DNA of 64,000 bases from Ignavibacteriota bacterium (GCA_963801355.1 CAWDEM010000004.1:448001-512000), one strand, 5' to 3'; positions 1 to 12,106 are shown, numbered from the stretch's first letter. The notes: generated by a model from the sequence alone, not told the origin. Translations and numbers: made by a program.

Positions 1-588
1 CTGCTCGAACTTGTCTTGGAACGTAAACACGTACTCAAGCAGTGCGTTCGTGAATTCCAGTATGTCTCTCGCATCTTGAGCGGAGACGGTCACACTAACG
101 CTATGGGCGGCTTCATTGCCAGAGATTCTAAGCGCGTCGGCCCATTCGAAAAGTCGGTTTTCAATAATCCCCTGATCCTTCATATCTTTGAGTGCAGAAG
201 CAAGGTTCCGGCCTGTGACCTTGTGTTCTTCACAGATTCCCTCCAACGTCTTCCGGCACATAATGGCTGCTGCTGTGAACGCCTTTGTTCCAAAACAGGC
301 TTGCGCCTCTTCGTAGGCTGAACGGATAGTCTTAGGGATCGTGGGGCTAACAGTTTTTTCCTTCGCAGGGTATATTTGAGAGGGTTCACTAAAACCCGAT
401 CCTTCATCAACTTGGAGCATTAAGAACGGGCGTGCACATCGTGGACATTTCGCGAAAGTGTACCTGCCCAGCATCTCCACTTCGTCTTCGTATTTCTCGT
501 ACGTGAAAAGTTCTTGTCCATCAACGATAGCCTCGCATTCCAGGCACCTAATTAGCATGAGTTTGTCCTCCGATTGTTGCTCCCCCAT
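1..588 (-). CDS. DUF4145 (HEPN-like) protein with N-terminal Zn ribbon; 3' end runs off the window
   Basis: Read manually (not in the ORF track): MGEQQSED...CLEC...CPRC...AYEEAQACF...AAAIMCRKTLEGIC...WADALRISGNEAAH; open to base 1. Confidence 0.75.
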   Translation of the reverse strand, partial: MGEQQSEDKLMLIRCLECEAIVDGQELFTYEKYEDEVEMLGRYTFAKCPRCARPFLMLQVDEGSGFSEPSQIYPAKEKTVSPTIPKTIRSAYEEAQACFGTKAFTAAAIMCRKTLEGICEEHKVTGRNLASALKDMKDQGIIENRLFEWADALRISGNEAAHSVSVTVSAQDARDILEFTNALLEYVFTFQDKFEQ

Positions 589-670
589 GTGACGCGGCTC
601 ACCAGCGACGCTCGCGTCATGATCCGACTCCACGCGGCGTCAGGTGCAGCCGCCGGGTAACCGGTTAAGA
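589..670 (-). other. attC-like (integron 59-be-like) site, degenerate
   Basis: Minus strand right after the HNH stop: TCTTAAC...GCGGCTGCACCTGACGCCGCG...CGCGAGCGTCGCTGGTGAGCCGC; imperfect palindrome with extrahelical bases; core shared with 12121-12201 and 53326-53405. Confidence 0.5.
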
Positions 671-1417
671 CTACCAGTTGAACTCAACGAACTGCGAAAG
701 GTGGTTTCCATGTCGTTCTTCTATGCAACGTAGGTGATATTTCAATTGCGACATGCCGATCGGCTCCCCGTTGAACCAGATATCAGTTAAGGGTGCCGGT
801 GGAGTTTCGGGTAGTAGGTACATCAAGAACTTGAATCCCCGAAAAGCGAAGAAGCCACCTGCAACAAATGCCTTGTCCTTGAACAAGGGAGCGAACATTA
901 CGGTATCTGTCAAATGCAGGTTTTGACCAGCACGTGCAATGGAGTACAAACCAGCGTGACCAGAAAAAGGCCTAAGGCCAAACACACTTCCTACAAGTTC
1001 TTCTGTAGGTCTTCCCGGATGAGAGCCTTCCCCGATGGGAAGGTTTTCGTTGACGGAAATGTTGATGAGGGTCTTAAGAAACCACCGTTCAAGGATTGGG
1101 CCATCGATAGAATACCGCATCACTTTCCATAACTGAGGATTCCGGTCTTTTCTCACGTTGGATAACCTCATGAATTCCCGAAAGTACTTGAAGGCTGATG
1201 CACCCTCTTGGTCTACAACTGACAAGTCTGCGTTATGTTTCTCGCACAGGATCTTGGAAGTCAGGGAAGATAGGCCGATCTTTCTGGGTTCATCGCGACA
1301 CCACGAAAAGCCTTTCACCATAACGATGTCACCTTCGAACAATCCGCGGGAGACTATATGCTCCCTGGAAATCTTGTCCGTACACGAACCGATGGAGGAC
1401 GCCCAACATTCAGACAT
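671..1417 (-). CDS. HNH endonuclease-like protein
   Basis: N-terminal C..C..SREHIVS...LCEKHNADLS motif typical of HNH domains. Confidence 0.6.
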   Translation of the reverse strand: MSECWASSIGSCTDKISREHIVSRGLFEGDIVMVKGFSWCRDEPRKIGLSSLTSKILCEKHNADLSVVDQEGASAFKYFREFMRLSNVRKDRNPQLWKVMRYSIDGPILERWFLKTLINISVNENLPIGEGSHPGRPTEELVGSVFGLRPFSGHAGLYSIARAGQNLHLTDTVMFAPLFKDKAFVAGGFFAFRGFKFLMYLLPETPPAPLTDIWFNGEPIGMSQLKYHLRCIEERHGNHLSQFVEFNW

Positions 1418-1439
1418 CGGAGTGAGGATTCTCCCGAAG

Positions 1440-1512
1440 ATCTAACAAATGAGCTGATCCACCGACACAAAACGCAAACAGAATGGCGTCAGATTCAAAG
1501 CCTTGGCAGCCA
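1440..1512 (-). other. attC-like site, degenerate
   Basis: Minus strand CAAGGCTTTGAATCTGACGCC...CAGCTCATTT-GTTAGAT (GTTRRRY), directly upstream of the HNH gene RBS. Confidence 0.4.
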
Positions 1513-1530
1513 GGTTCGTGTTTGCGACTG

Positions 1531-3923
1531 TCATGCGACATCCTGTTGCTGATACAGATACTTCTGGAAACCCGGCGAAGAGCGTGCCAATTTCCTCTGG
1601 TCTGCCCAGATCGACCACGGCGTCGGCGATGGAGTCGTGATACTTGAGCCGCAATAGGGGTGTGAGCTTGTCCTGGTCAAGTTCCTCTACGCCGACCGAC
1701 ACGTAGTGTGACAGCACGAAATCGAGGAACACTTGCTGTTTGGAGCTGAAACGAAGGTAGATATGGATCCTGGCACTGGCAGCCCGCACCTCACGGGTAA
1801 CTGGCGGGACAGCGTAGGCCACGTATGTCAGCACATCGAAGATGTCGCTCTTCTCGGCATCGATGATCTTCTGCATCTCGCGCAGTTGGTCACTGCCAAA
1901 ACCTTTCTCTGCGAGACCCTGCAGGAGTTTCTTTCGTGTATCCGGCACGCTCCAGAGAGTACGCAGTTCGGCCTCATTCTTGAAGAACTCCGGCAGCCTA
2001 CCGAAGAGCAGTTCCATGAACTGCTGCGCCGACATCGGTGTCCCGTCAGGATGCCAGAAGGTCGTAGCCATCATATGCTGGATGGTGCGCTCCTTGCCGT
2101 CAGCGAGTTTCACTTTCGCTTTCCGCTTCTTGTGGCACACGCAAGGACGCTTCCCGCAGATCGGGCAAGGTTCTTTCGGACACTCGCATGGGCTTTTGCC
2201 GCACACAGGGCACGGTACTTTTTCACACACGCAGGGGCGGCAACCGCATCTTGGGCATGGCTTCGGGTCCTCCGGTGCGAGTGGTTCACCATCCCATTCC
2301 GGATCGCTGAAATGGTGATGCGCCTTCACGAAGTCGTATATCGTAAAGTAGTCCTTACCATCGTAGAGCCGCGTACCACGCCCGATGATCTGCTTGAACT
2401 CGATGATGGTGTTGATGGGGCGCATCAGAACGATGTTACGAATGTTGCGGGCATCTACACCAGTGGAGAGCTTTTGTGAAGTAGTCAGGATCGTCGGGAT
2501 TGTCTTCTCGTTGTCCTGAAAGTCGCGAAGGTGTTGCTCACCCAACTCGCCGTCGTTAGCAGTGACCCGTTGGCAGTAGTTTGGGTCTGTACTCGTCTTC
2601 ATCTGGTTGATGAGGTCGCGCACCGCGAGCGCGTGAGCCTGGTTGGCACAGAACACCAGCGTCTTCTCGTTCTGGTCGATCTGTTCCATGAACAGTTTTA
2701 CGCGATGGGCTTCCCGTTCTCTAATCTCTATGATCTTGTTGAAGTCGTCTTCGGTGTAGCGCTTCCCGGTTTCGATCTCGCCCTCGATCACCCTGTCATC
2801 GGTTGTATAGACATACTCATCGAGCGTCGTGGAGATTTGCTTCACCTTGAATGGCGTTAGGAACCCATCGTTGATGCCTTCCTTGAGCGAGTAGATGTAT
2901 ACTGGATCACCAAAGTAGGCGTAGGTGTCCACGTTGTCCTTACGCTTGGGCGTGGCAGTGAGGCCGAGCTGGACCGCCGGGGCGAAATACACCAAGATGT
3001 CGCGCCAGTTACTTTCGTCATTTGCCCCTCCGCGATGGCATTCGTCAATTACGATAAAGTCGAAGAAGTCAGGCGGGTACTCGCCAAAGTATGGCGACGG
3101 TTTGCCATCCTTGGGGGGACCACTCATGAAGGTCTGAAAGATGGTGAAGAACAGGCTCCCGTTCTTCGGCACCCTGCCCTTTTTGCGGATGTCCTCCGGC
3201 TGCGATCCGTACCATCGCGTCTTCCGGGAAGGCGGAGAAGTTGTTGTAGGCCTGGTTGGCAAGGATGTTCCGATCTGCGAGGAACAGGATTCGCGGGTGA
3301 CGCGATGGTTCGCGGCTCAAGTTCCAGCGACTGTGGAAAAGCTTCCACGCGACCTGAAATGCGATGAACGTCTTGCCTGTGCCAGTGGCGAGCGTGAGCA
3401 GGATGCGGTCCCGGCCCTCCGTAATGGCTTCCATCACCCGCTCGACGGCGATGTCCTGATAGTAGCGGCTCGGATGAGTTCCGCCTTTGTCCTCGAACGG
3501 CACGGCGGAGAAGCGGTCGCGCCAGGCGTTCTGCGCAGCGAAGGTCAAATTCCAGAGTTCCTGCGGCTTGGGGTAGTGCCTCACCTCGCCTTCCTTGCCG
3601 GTATCCATGTCGATGCTATAGATGCCCTGGCCGTTGGTGGAATAAGTGTAGCGGACGACCATCTTCCCGGCGTAGTTCTTTGCCTGTCCCACGCCCTCAG
3701 TCAGCTCTTCATCCCACGCTTTGGCTTCGATCACGGCCAACTTGCAGTTGCGATAGACCAGGATGTAGTCCGCGGTAAGTGCTTTGCCACGGTGGCCGAG
3801 TCCTTCGATGCGACCCGGCGTGATAGGATATTCGCGTAGGATCCTGCTGCCATCGACAACGCCCCATCCTGCCGCTTTCAGCGCGGGGTCAATATGCTCA
3901 GCTCTGGTTTCGGCTTCGTTCAT
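1531..3923 (-). CDS. hsdR: Type I restriction enzyme R subunit (EcoAI/EcoEI-like), frameshifted near 3200 and 1570
   Basis: MNEAETRAEHID..IEAK; ATGTGKT; DECHRG; LTATP; QIIGRGTR; EcoEI-type C-terminus; split over ORFs 3069..3923 and 1442..3262. Confidence 0.9.
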
Positions 3924-3936
3924 GTCCCATTTTCTG

Positions 3937-5169
3937 TCATAGATGGCCGCTGAATGCTTGGTGCAGCAGCGACTTCTTTAACGCCTCCAACGCGGCGAGT
4001 TTGCGCTGATAGATCGATTCGAGGCGCCGGGTTTCAGTGGAGAGCGACTGATCAAGTTTGGTGACGATTGTCTGTTGCTCGCTCAGCGATTCGGGAAGTA
4101 GACTTCGATTTCCTTGATTTCGCTTATGACGAGATTCATATTGGCCGTGCCTCGGGTCCTCTTTTGAGATTGCTCTCGTGCAAACGGGGCATTGAGCGAA
4201 ATGCTCAAGATACAGATTGAAAACAATATCGTGCTTGGGTTTCAGTAGGGCAACGCTGACGAAGATGCTATCTCGGAACATGACGTCAAAACCTGAGCAT
4301 TCCTGTTGTACCGACTTTGCGTAGACAGGATATGCACCCCTGACCGGTTTAGATCTTCTGGTAAGGAACTCATGCTCCGCGACTGAAACCTATCCCTGTA
4401 GGTCTGGGAAAAGCTGGTGAGGAACCTGGTCCGCATTGCTGATGTCCCCGGTTTGAACGAAGGGGTATCATCCGCCGTAGAGTTTCGGTATGCTGGCGTG
4501 CTTCGTCTGCGACGTCAAGCACCTTTGTACATCACTTAACTTCGCTCCCAACCAACCCTTGCCACGCTGGCCAAAGACGGACTGGAGGTGGCTATCGAAG
4601 AGTGCGCGGGCGTTTTGGAGGTTCTTTTCGGCATTGGTTTTGGCGGTAGCAATGCCCTCAAACGCCTTGTCGAGGATACCGACGATCCGCCTTTGATCGG
4701 AGAGTGATTCGGGGTAGTGCACCGAAAACTTCTCGGTCAATACAGACCGAGCCAATTCCGTCTGGCCTCCACAACCCTCGCCGGCTTCCTTTATGGCATC
4801 TTCGATGACAACGAGCATGTACCCGAAGAAGTCCGAATGGAACTGACCTGGGATGGGTCGAACGATGGTCACATGTGAATCAACAGTCGTCGGTTCGGGA
4901 GGATCCTCCCGCAGCTGTGCGACCCGACCAAGAGTCCCTGTCCCAGTGGAGTTGACGAGAACATCGCCGGCTCGGATAAAACGCTCACCTGCCACCTTCT
5001 TTGCCCGTGCATTGTGTCTACGTGAAGGTTCAAAGCTGACGCGATGGTCCCGAATGCACTTCTGATTGAGGACACATACCCCACCAACTTCCAGATACGT
5101 GGGAGAGATCCCTCGATTGAGAAACGAGCAGACTTCACCCAGACGTTTGGTTTGCCATTCTTTCTTCAC
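3937..5169 (-). CDS. hsdS: Type I R-M specificity subunit, frameshifted
   Basis: W..KRLGEVC; P.SL.DQRRIV.ILD; C-terminal LKKSLLHQAFSGHL; lies between hsdM and hsdR. Confidence 0.85.
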
Positions 5170-6623
5170 AGCAATCCCCGAATGGTCTGTAGCACTACTT
5201 CGCTTTCGGCGTCAAGTGCGGCGATTTCGTCCATGATCACCTGGGGGCTACGGTGTTTCACCACCTCCTCGCCGTTCGGGTTCTTCACCGAGAGGTCAAA
5301 GGTTGTCTGGTCAATGCCCTTCACATCCACGGTCCAGCTCTTTGGCGAGTCGGCTTTGGACTTCTGCAGCTTCACAAACTCTGCAAGGTCGTCAGCATTG
5401 AGTGGGTTGGTTTTGCCGAGGTTGCGGCCAGGGTCAAGCTGGTAGTACCAGATCTTACGCGTGGATGCGCCTTTGTCAAAGAACAAGCACCACAGTCTTC
5501 ACACCCGCCCCCTGGAACGTTCCGCTGGGGCAATCAAGCACTGTATGCAGGCTGCAACTTTCCAGCAGCAGCTTCCTCAGGCTCACCGAGGCATTATCGG
5601 TGTTGGACAAGAAGGTGTTCTTGATGACCACGCCACCACGACCTCCAGCCTTGAGCATCTTGATGAAATGTTGAAGGAATAGAAAAGCTGTCTCGCCGGT
5701 ACGTATGGGGAAGTTTTGCTGAACCTCCTTGCGTTCCTTGCCACCGAAGGGTGGATTGGCCAAGGATCACGTCGAAACGGTCCTTCTCCTGAATGTCAGC
5801 AAGGTTCTCTGTAAGTGTGTTGGTATGCAGGATGTTTGGCGCATCGATGCCGTGTAGGATCATATTCATGATCGCGATGACATAGGCAAGTGACTTCTTC
5901 TCCTTGCCATAGAATGTACTGGTCTGAAGCTTGGTAAGATCTCTTGGTGGTGAGCTTTCCCTTTGCCTTCATAAACTCGAACGACTCGCACAAGAAGCCC
6001 GCAGACCCGACGGCGCCGTCGTAAATGCGTTCACCTATCTTGGGTTGTAACCACCTGCACGATGGCACGGATAAGTGGACGTGGAGTGTAGTACTCGCCT
6101 CCATTGCGTCCAGCATTACCCATGTTCCTGATCTTGGCTTCGTACAGGTGCGACAGTTCGTGCTTCTCGGTCTGCGAACGGAAGCGGAGTTCGTCAATGT
6201 GGTCGATGATCTCGCGCATATTGTAGCCACTGGAGATCTTGTTCTTGATCTCTCCGAAGATCTCGCCGATCTTGTACTCGATGGTGTTTGGTCCGGTGGC
6301 TTTCTGCTTGAAGCCGTGGAGGTAAGGGAAGAGCTTCTGATTGACGAAGTCACGCAGGTCGTCACCGGTGAGGGCCGTGTTGTGGTCGAGCTTGCCGTCT
6401 TTCCCCTTCGGTGCAGCCCAGGTTTCCCAACGGTAGGGTCTCTCGAGAATGTATGTATCTTCTTCCCCTCCAGTGCAGCCTCATCGGCGCGGTCCTGCTC
6501 CAGACCGTCGAGGTACTTCAGGAACAGCAGCCAGGATGTCTGCTCGGTGTAGTCCAGCTCGGTCGTGCAGCCGGCCTCTTTCCGGAGGACGTCATCGATG
6601 TTTTTGAAGGCTTGTTCGAACAT
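5166..6623 (-). CDS. hsdM: Type I R-M N6-adenine methyltransferase, several frameshifts
   Basis: MFEQAFKNIDDVLRK; GEYYTPR; DGAVGSAGFL; ANPPFGG, spread across five ORF fragments. Confidence 0.9.
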
Positions 6624-6699
6624 TTACACTAATCCCCTTCGTAACTATTATCGTCGTCGTTTTTGGCGTGTGTCTCTTGCGAGCTTGCAGCATGCAGAC

Positions 6700-6730
6700 A
6701 AGATGCAGTCGCTAACGGCGACTGCATCTT
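6700..6730. repeat. Perfect 13-bp inverted repeat between pAgo and hsdM
   Basis: AAGATGCAGTCGC-TAACG-GCGACTGCATCTT. Confidence 0.7.
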
Positions 6731-6824
6731 CATCGGCTCGTTTGCACGAGGGCTAGTTGCAGCACCGAGAGCCAATGCTACCAGTTGTGACACATCCGAA
6801 CGCCCCCTACACCCAAGCCACACA

Positions 6825-8249
6825 CTACATGAAGAATCGGAATTGGTAGGGCGTGGCACCCAAGCCTGGCATCCGCTTGACTACACGCGCAAGCACCTCC
6901 GCATAGCTCATGGTCACGGGCAATGGATCGTAGAGCGCGTCGTTATTCCAGTTCATTTTCGAAAGTGCAAGCACCGCACGAGCCGTGTCATCCCAGGTTC
7001 CATGGCCGGCGTAGCGCACGAGGCGGAGCGGGCGAGGAGTGCTCCGCGCGCCCTGGAAATACGATCCACGCCGGCTGATGTCTCGTACGTCGCCATGGGT
7101 CCACAGGAGCGCCTCCCGCGGACCGATAGTAATCACTGTGCCGCGTGAAACTGGGAAGGGGGTCGGTTCTTCTTTCCTTCCTTCTGCACGATCATTGTCG
7201 ATGCGCACGCCGCGCCAACCCACATTCTGCACCACCTGAAGGAGATCGGCCGCCTCACACAGATGGAGGGCCTCCATGGCGCCGTCAACCTCATCCCGCT
7301 TGAACTCAGTGGTCTTGTGGACCATCACGCGGCGGGGAGAGCGCCCAGCGTGTCGGTGACGGTAAAGGTCCAGTGAGCGGGTCATGACCCGAAACATCTC
7401 ATTTCGTGAGAGAAACGGGTTGTCTCGCTGGACCTCGACCTCGTGGGCATCGTAGGCCACAAATTCCATTCCCGAACCCTCGGCGTCAAACACCTGACTG
7501 CAGCAGGTCACAAACCGCGGCCGGTCCGATTCAGGGGGGCGAATAGCGTACGATATGCCGATGTAGGCTGTCTCCGGATCCATCTCCGCAAGCTTCCAAG
7601 GCACTCCACCAGCCTTCGCGTAAAGTGCAAGCCCAATGCGCCACATGACGCTGGCTCGGTCCGGGTACGCGAGAGCCCTGTCCTCCCGGACCAGCTGAAT
7701 GGGCAGTCCCCGAGGAGCCGTAGCAGCTTTCAAGTGGTCATGGAGATCGAAGTCCTCAGCTGCGCCGCCGACAAAACCGAGGGCCCAACGTTGTGGGAGG
7801 TAGATACACAAGATGTCAAATTCGGTACGGTGAGCCTCAAGACTTTGAATCGCCCGTACCAATGCGTCGGCAAGTAAGACGTGAGGTGTCTTGGAAGTGC
7901 GGAACTCGGCTTCGAATTGCGGCCTGAGTTCGACGTGACAGTGACCACCAGCACTCCGCGTGTGCAGCCCGAAGACGGTCGGAAAACCGGGCCACTGGGG
8001 GAGGTAGTCCTTGCGCTCAGTCGGAGCGTACGTGGCATTGAGTTCTTTCATGAAGCCGTACAGGCGGGGGCTCTCGCCTGCTGGGGCCAAGGTCGCAACG
8101 CGAATAGGGTCAGGCACCAGGCCAGCCGAATAAGGGCCGAACCGGAGCAACCCACGCAACGGGTGAACCTCACGATCGCTGGTGCGGTCCGGGTGGAAGG
8201 CAAGCTTGGGTTCAGGCAGCCACACGTGTGGGAGAATCTCGCTACTCAT
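6825..8249 (-). CDS. Short prokaryotic Argonaute (MID-PIWI), SPARSA component
   Basis: EP.LAF...HPLRGLLRFGPYS; LYAKAGGVPW; YIGISY; MVHKTTEF; LSKMNWN...PVTMSYA; YQFRFFM; about 474 aa; ATGA overlap with the SIR2 gene. Confidence 0.92.
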   Translation of the reverse strand: MSSEILPHVWLPEPKLAFHPDRTSDREVHPLRGLLRFGPYSAGLVPDPIRVATLAPAGESPRLYGFMKELNATYAPTERKDYLPQWPGFPTVFGLHTRSAGGHCHVELRPQFEAEFRTSKTPHVLLADALVRAIQSLEAHRTEFDILCIYLPQRWALGFVGGAAEDFDLHDHLKAATAPRGLPIQLVREDRALAYPDRASVMWRIGLALYAKAGGVPWKLAEMDPETAYIGISYAIRPPESDRPRFVTCCSQVFDAEGSGMEFVAYDAHEVEVQRDNPFLSRNEMFRVMTRSLDLYRHRHAGRSPRRVMVHKTTEFKRDEVDGAMEALHLCEAADLLQVVQNVGWRGVRIDNDRAEGRKEEPTPFPVSRGTVITIGPREALLWTHGDVRDISRRGSYFQGARSTPRPLRLVRYAGHGTWDDTARAVLALSKMNWNNDALYDPLPVTMSYAEVLARVVKRMPGLGATPYQFRFFM

Positions 8250-9989
8250 ACCCGAACTCTCTTTGAGAAACATGTGTCCGAGGAGAGTCGAAAAGCGGCA
8301 TCGACGCCGTCTCCAATACCCAGAGCGCGAAATTCGCTACCGTCACCGGCGAGCAAGTCCGCCCAAAAAGTGATCAACTCATTCAGCTGCCGGTTATAGC
8401 GTTTGACCGTGCGTCCTCGAGCGAGGTCAGCAGCAGCTGCCTTGTTGCCATCAGTGATGCCGTCGAAGACAGTGCGTGGCTCGACCAGCAGCCATAGGCG
8501 GTCATCGGCCCAATCCAGACAGATCCCGAGGCCCTCGCGCCATTGCAGCTCGGGATGATCTTTCACCGTCCCGCTAACCACCCCTACCAAGCGCTGTAGC
8601 GGCGCCCAGGCTGCGTCCTTCGGGTCAGTCGGCGCAAGCAGATCGGTCCTGTGCCGACGGATGGCGTCGAAGCCAAACCGACGCATGAGCGCATGGGTCA
8701 GCGCTTCGCGGAGCAGTCCACGCTCACCGGATTCGTAACGTAAGCGATTGGTTTCTATGGTATGGAGGTCGAAGCCAGTTATGTCATATCGGCCAAACGC
8801 GCTTCGCACGTCTGCATCTGAGCCGAAGGCCAGGACGCATGCGTGCGTGCGGGCAACGAGAACGTTCACGCGAGCACGTTCTACCGCCTCCCGCACCTCA
8901 GCGAGTCCACCTACCTGACAGACCACGCGCCGACACACACTCGGCATCTGAACAACAGGCAGGGCGTTGAGGCGCACCACCGGCCAGCCACGCCCGCCGT
9001 CCGAACGCGGTGCTGCGCTCCAGCGCCGACGCTCCGTAGCGAACGTATCGAGCACCTTAGTATCAATACCCTTTCGCAGGCGCACCAAATCGCGCAGCGC
9101 CTCGTCGAAGTTCTCAACCCCTACCAACGCCGCATCCACTCCCGCCCTGACTGCACGCGTCAGTAGTTGACCAACGCGAGGCAGCAGTGGGTCGTCGCCG
9201 CGGTGTAACCAAAAAAGTCCAGCCGGGTAAGCGCTGTTGTGCTCCAACGCCTCTTCGAGCGCGTTCATGATAGAGTCATCGCGGCCGCTGTAACCGATCA
9301 CCACAAGCCCAAATCTACGGCACGACTCGACCAACACCTGCCTCAGGCGAACGTCCTGGTGTCTCAACTCATCACCCGTATTCTTCAACCGCCGCGAGTG
9401 AAAGTCACCATGTAGCTTTACTTCGATTGGCCAACGTCCCTCGTTGATGAGCTGTAACGCCTGGTCCGGCGCGTCAAGGGCTACGGTCGTCAGGGTCCCC
9501 GTGGTTTGATACACTTTGGCGCAAGCATCTGCTACGAGAGAGTCAAAATTCGTCGTCCACACCAGACGCGTGAGTTGCGCGCGCATCAGCGTGGCAAGTG
9601 CCAAGTGCCCGTAGGAAGGCTTCGCCCCGGTCATCTTCGCATCTAAGTAGGCTCGCCGATCTGCTTCGGCCGGATATACCGCCTCGAACAGGGTAGCGTA
9701 CTCGTCCGGAGAGCCCGGCGGCGGCAGATTCTCCGAGGAGTCAATGTGGGCCTGCAACTGCGCTCGAACCGCCGGATTAGAAAGATCAGGACACGGTTTG
9801 GAGCGAGGCTCGGCGCTGACTGACGAAAAGCTGCTGTTTGAACTCCCACACCATATCCGAGGCGGTGGGAACACCTGCGGAGGCTGAAGCACCGGCGCCG
9901 AGTAGCCACATCAGGTTTCCGGCGCGCAGTGAAAAGCGCCGTGCGAAGTCATCGGCGCCGATCTGGTTTGGTGTTGCCTCAGTGTTCAT
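8246..9989 (-). CDS. SIR2-APAZ NADase partner of short pAgo (SPARSA); one frameshift near 9790
   Basis: LMWLLGAGASASAGVPTASD; WTTNFD; KLHGDF; VIGYSGRD; APAZ-like C-half (PVVRLNALP...YNRQLNELITFW). Confidence 0.9.
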
Positions 9990-10533
9990 AAGACGGCCAC
10001 CAACAACACGAACTGGATTTCCACACGAGTTCGTGGCTAATTGGAAGATCCTAATCTTCGCCGACATACCTGGGCAGCGTAGGATTGTCTTCCCACATAA
10101 GCCGTCAAACTGGCATCAGCAGGGTATCGCTAATACTCAGGTTGAGCTCTAATTCGCGAATGTGTTACTCATGCGGATCAGCTTCGGCTTTCGATCCCCC
10201 CGAGTATACACCAGGTATTGCCTACTCAGACAAGGTACAACAATCGCTCGAGTCCGTCAATGGTGGTCGTGAAAGTGAGTATGGGCCCGGATTTCGTTGC
10301 GTGGTGTCCCTGCGGGAGAGGCTGACACAAAGAGTCAGTTTATTTTCCGAAGGGGTCGGAAAAGTGAGGGTGAGTGTGTAGTAATGTCTGAGGGGTCAAC
10401 CCGTCCGAGAGACGCAGGAGAAGGGGGGACGCCACTCCCGTCCCCTCACGGACCGGATTGAAGACGTTGGAGAGACTTGTTTGGTGAAACCTTAAGTGCA
10501 ATGAGATGTACAGCGATCACGAGAAGAGTCAAC

Positions 10534-11390
10534 TCAATTCCCCATTGGGCATAGATCGGTACTGCTTCGGGAGCCTGCACCACGTTTAATGGTAAGGTTC
10601 AGGAAGCAGTGCAGTCCAGCAGCTATGAAGATATTGGCGGTTCTGGCAAACACAACTCCCAATACGATTCCGACCAACAGAATCCGCACCAAAGAAGGTA
10701 TCATGTCCCAGAGACCTTCCCTGTTGACAATGAGCCGACCGGGAAGATGTGCAACCATAAATAGGAGTGCAGATGCAAGAACGGACGTTAGTGCAGCGCT
10801 ACCCAGACCGAAAGAGAATCGTTCGCGTGCGAGCTTATAGAATTGCAGCATGAAAAAGCCACGCAACAACACCTCTTCGAAAACGCTTCCAATGACGATC
10901 GCTTTCGCTAAGTGATAACGACTCACAGTCACCACCGAACGGGAGGCCTGTGACGATCCGACCGGTGAAGGCAATTCCCTCTAGCCGTGCGGAGCATTTG
11001 AACGGACAGCCACAGGAGTAGCAGCACAACGATTGCTGGAAGAATCAACTCCCTCCTGATCCCGACATCCCTGTGGCTTAGACGTCCCACCACAAACAGC
11101 ACGACAATGACTCGGATGGACTGGAGGATGAGCATTGAGACAAACCGCTCATCGAGCCATTGTGAAGTGGCCTGCGAGAGTGCAGTTAATAACTCCGTCT
11201 GAACGAGTGTTGGGTAAACCCAAGTGGAAGTGAGGATGAGAACGGTGTATGCCAAAACATAGAGCCACCAAGGAGAAGTTCTTACCGTCGCACTGAGGGC
11301 CTCGCTCTCGGCCAACCACTGATTCGACCGTGGGATTAATGAGCCTCCTCCCCCATCCGACGTTCCCGCCTGACTCATTGAAGTGGCCAT
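10534..11390 (-). CDS. CPBP/CAAX (Abi) intramembrane metalloprotease, frameshifted
   Basis: FEEVLLRG, F.VAH and H..LN motifs; multiple hydrophobic segments. Confidence 0.7.
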
Positions 11391-11467
11391 ATTGAGTGCA
11401 CACTATACCGGGGATAATTCCTAGCGCGATATGGCCGACTTGATTCCACGCACGCTCCCCTCTCCCC

Positions 11468-12106
11468 TCACGCATGTGCGTCGGGTGCGGACGTCACGTC
11501 GGGTGCAACTTCGATCGTGCGTCCTTTGCCAAGAACACCTGAAGCTTTAAGTAGTTGTAGAGTGCGGCCAAAGTCTGAGCTCGATGGGGTCGTGTTGATG
11601 TTGGGTAGCATCTCGGACACCATTTGCGAAAGCGAGATTACTCGTATCGGATTCCCCTTTAGCGCACGGCGAAAGCTCTCATTTTGCTCCCACTCAACCG
11701 AATTGCCAGAAATTCGAGTAACGGCAGTGACGTATGTGAACTTGCGAGATCCTGATTCACGAAAGATAGCATCACAGAATGCCTCACTCCACTTGGGATT
11801 CGCGAGTTCCCTAAAAAATTTCCAGGACTCCCGTCCCGACCAAATTTTGTTTTCCTTCAGATTCGTCAGTGTGGAGCGAACATTGAATCCACATTGCCCA
11901 CTCTTGCAGCTGACTACCCACACTTTCGACGTTCCTCTGAGATGCGGATTGATCCCGATTACGTCGATGTCACTTGGTACGGAGTCCACTTTGGAAGAAA
12001 AGTCGGCGTGATTCCTTTGCGGTCGGAATTTCACGTTGTGCCGCGTGAAGTATCCCTTGGCTTGGAGATAATCGTCGACAACTTGTTCAAGTATGTCTTC
12101 CTTCAT
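11468..12106 (-). CDS. PD-(D/E)XK restriction-endonuclease-fold protein
   Basis: LEQVVDDYLQAKGY...SDIDVIG...VVSCKS pattern. Confidence 0.6.
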   Translation of the reverse strand: MKEDILEQVVDDYLQAKGYFTRHNVKFRPQRNHADFSSKVDSVPSDIDVIGINPHLRGTSKVWVVSCKSGQCGFNVRSTLTNLKENKIWSGRESWKFFRELANPKWSEAFCDAIFRESGSRKFTYVTAVTRISGNSVEWEQNESFRRALKGNPIRVISLSQMVSEMLPNINTTPSSSDFGRTLQLLKASGVLGKGRTIEVAPDVTSAPDAHA

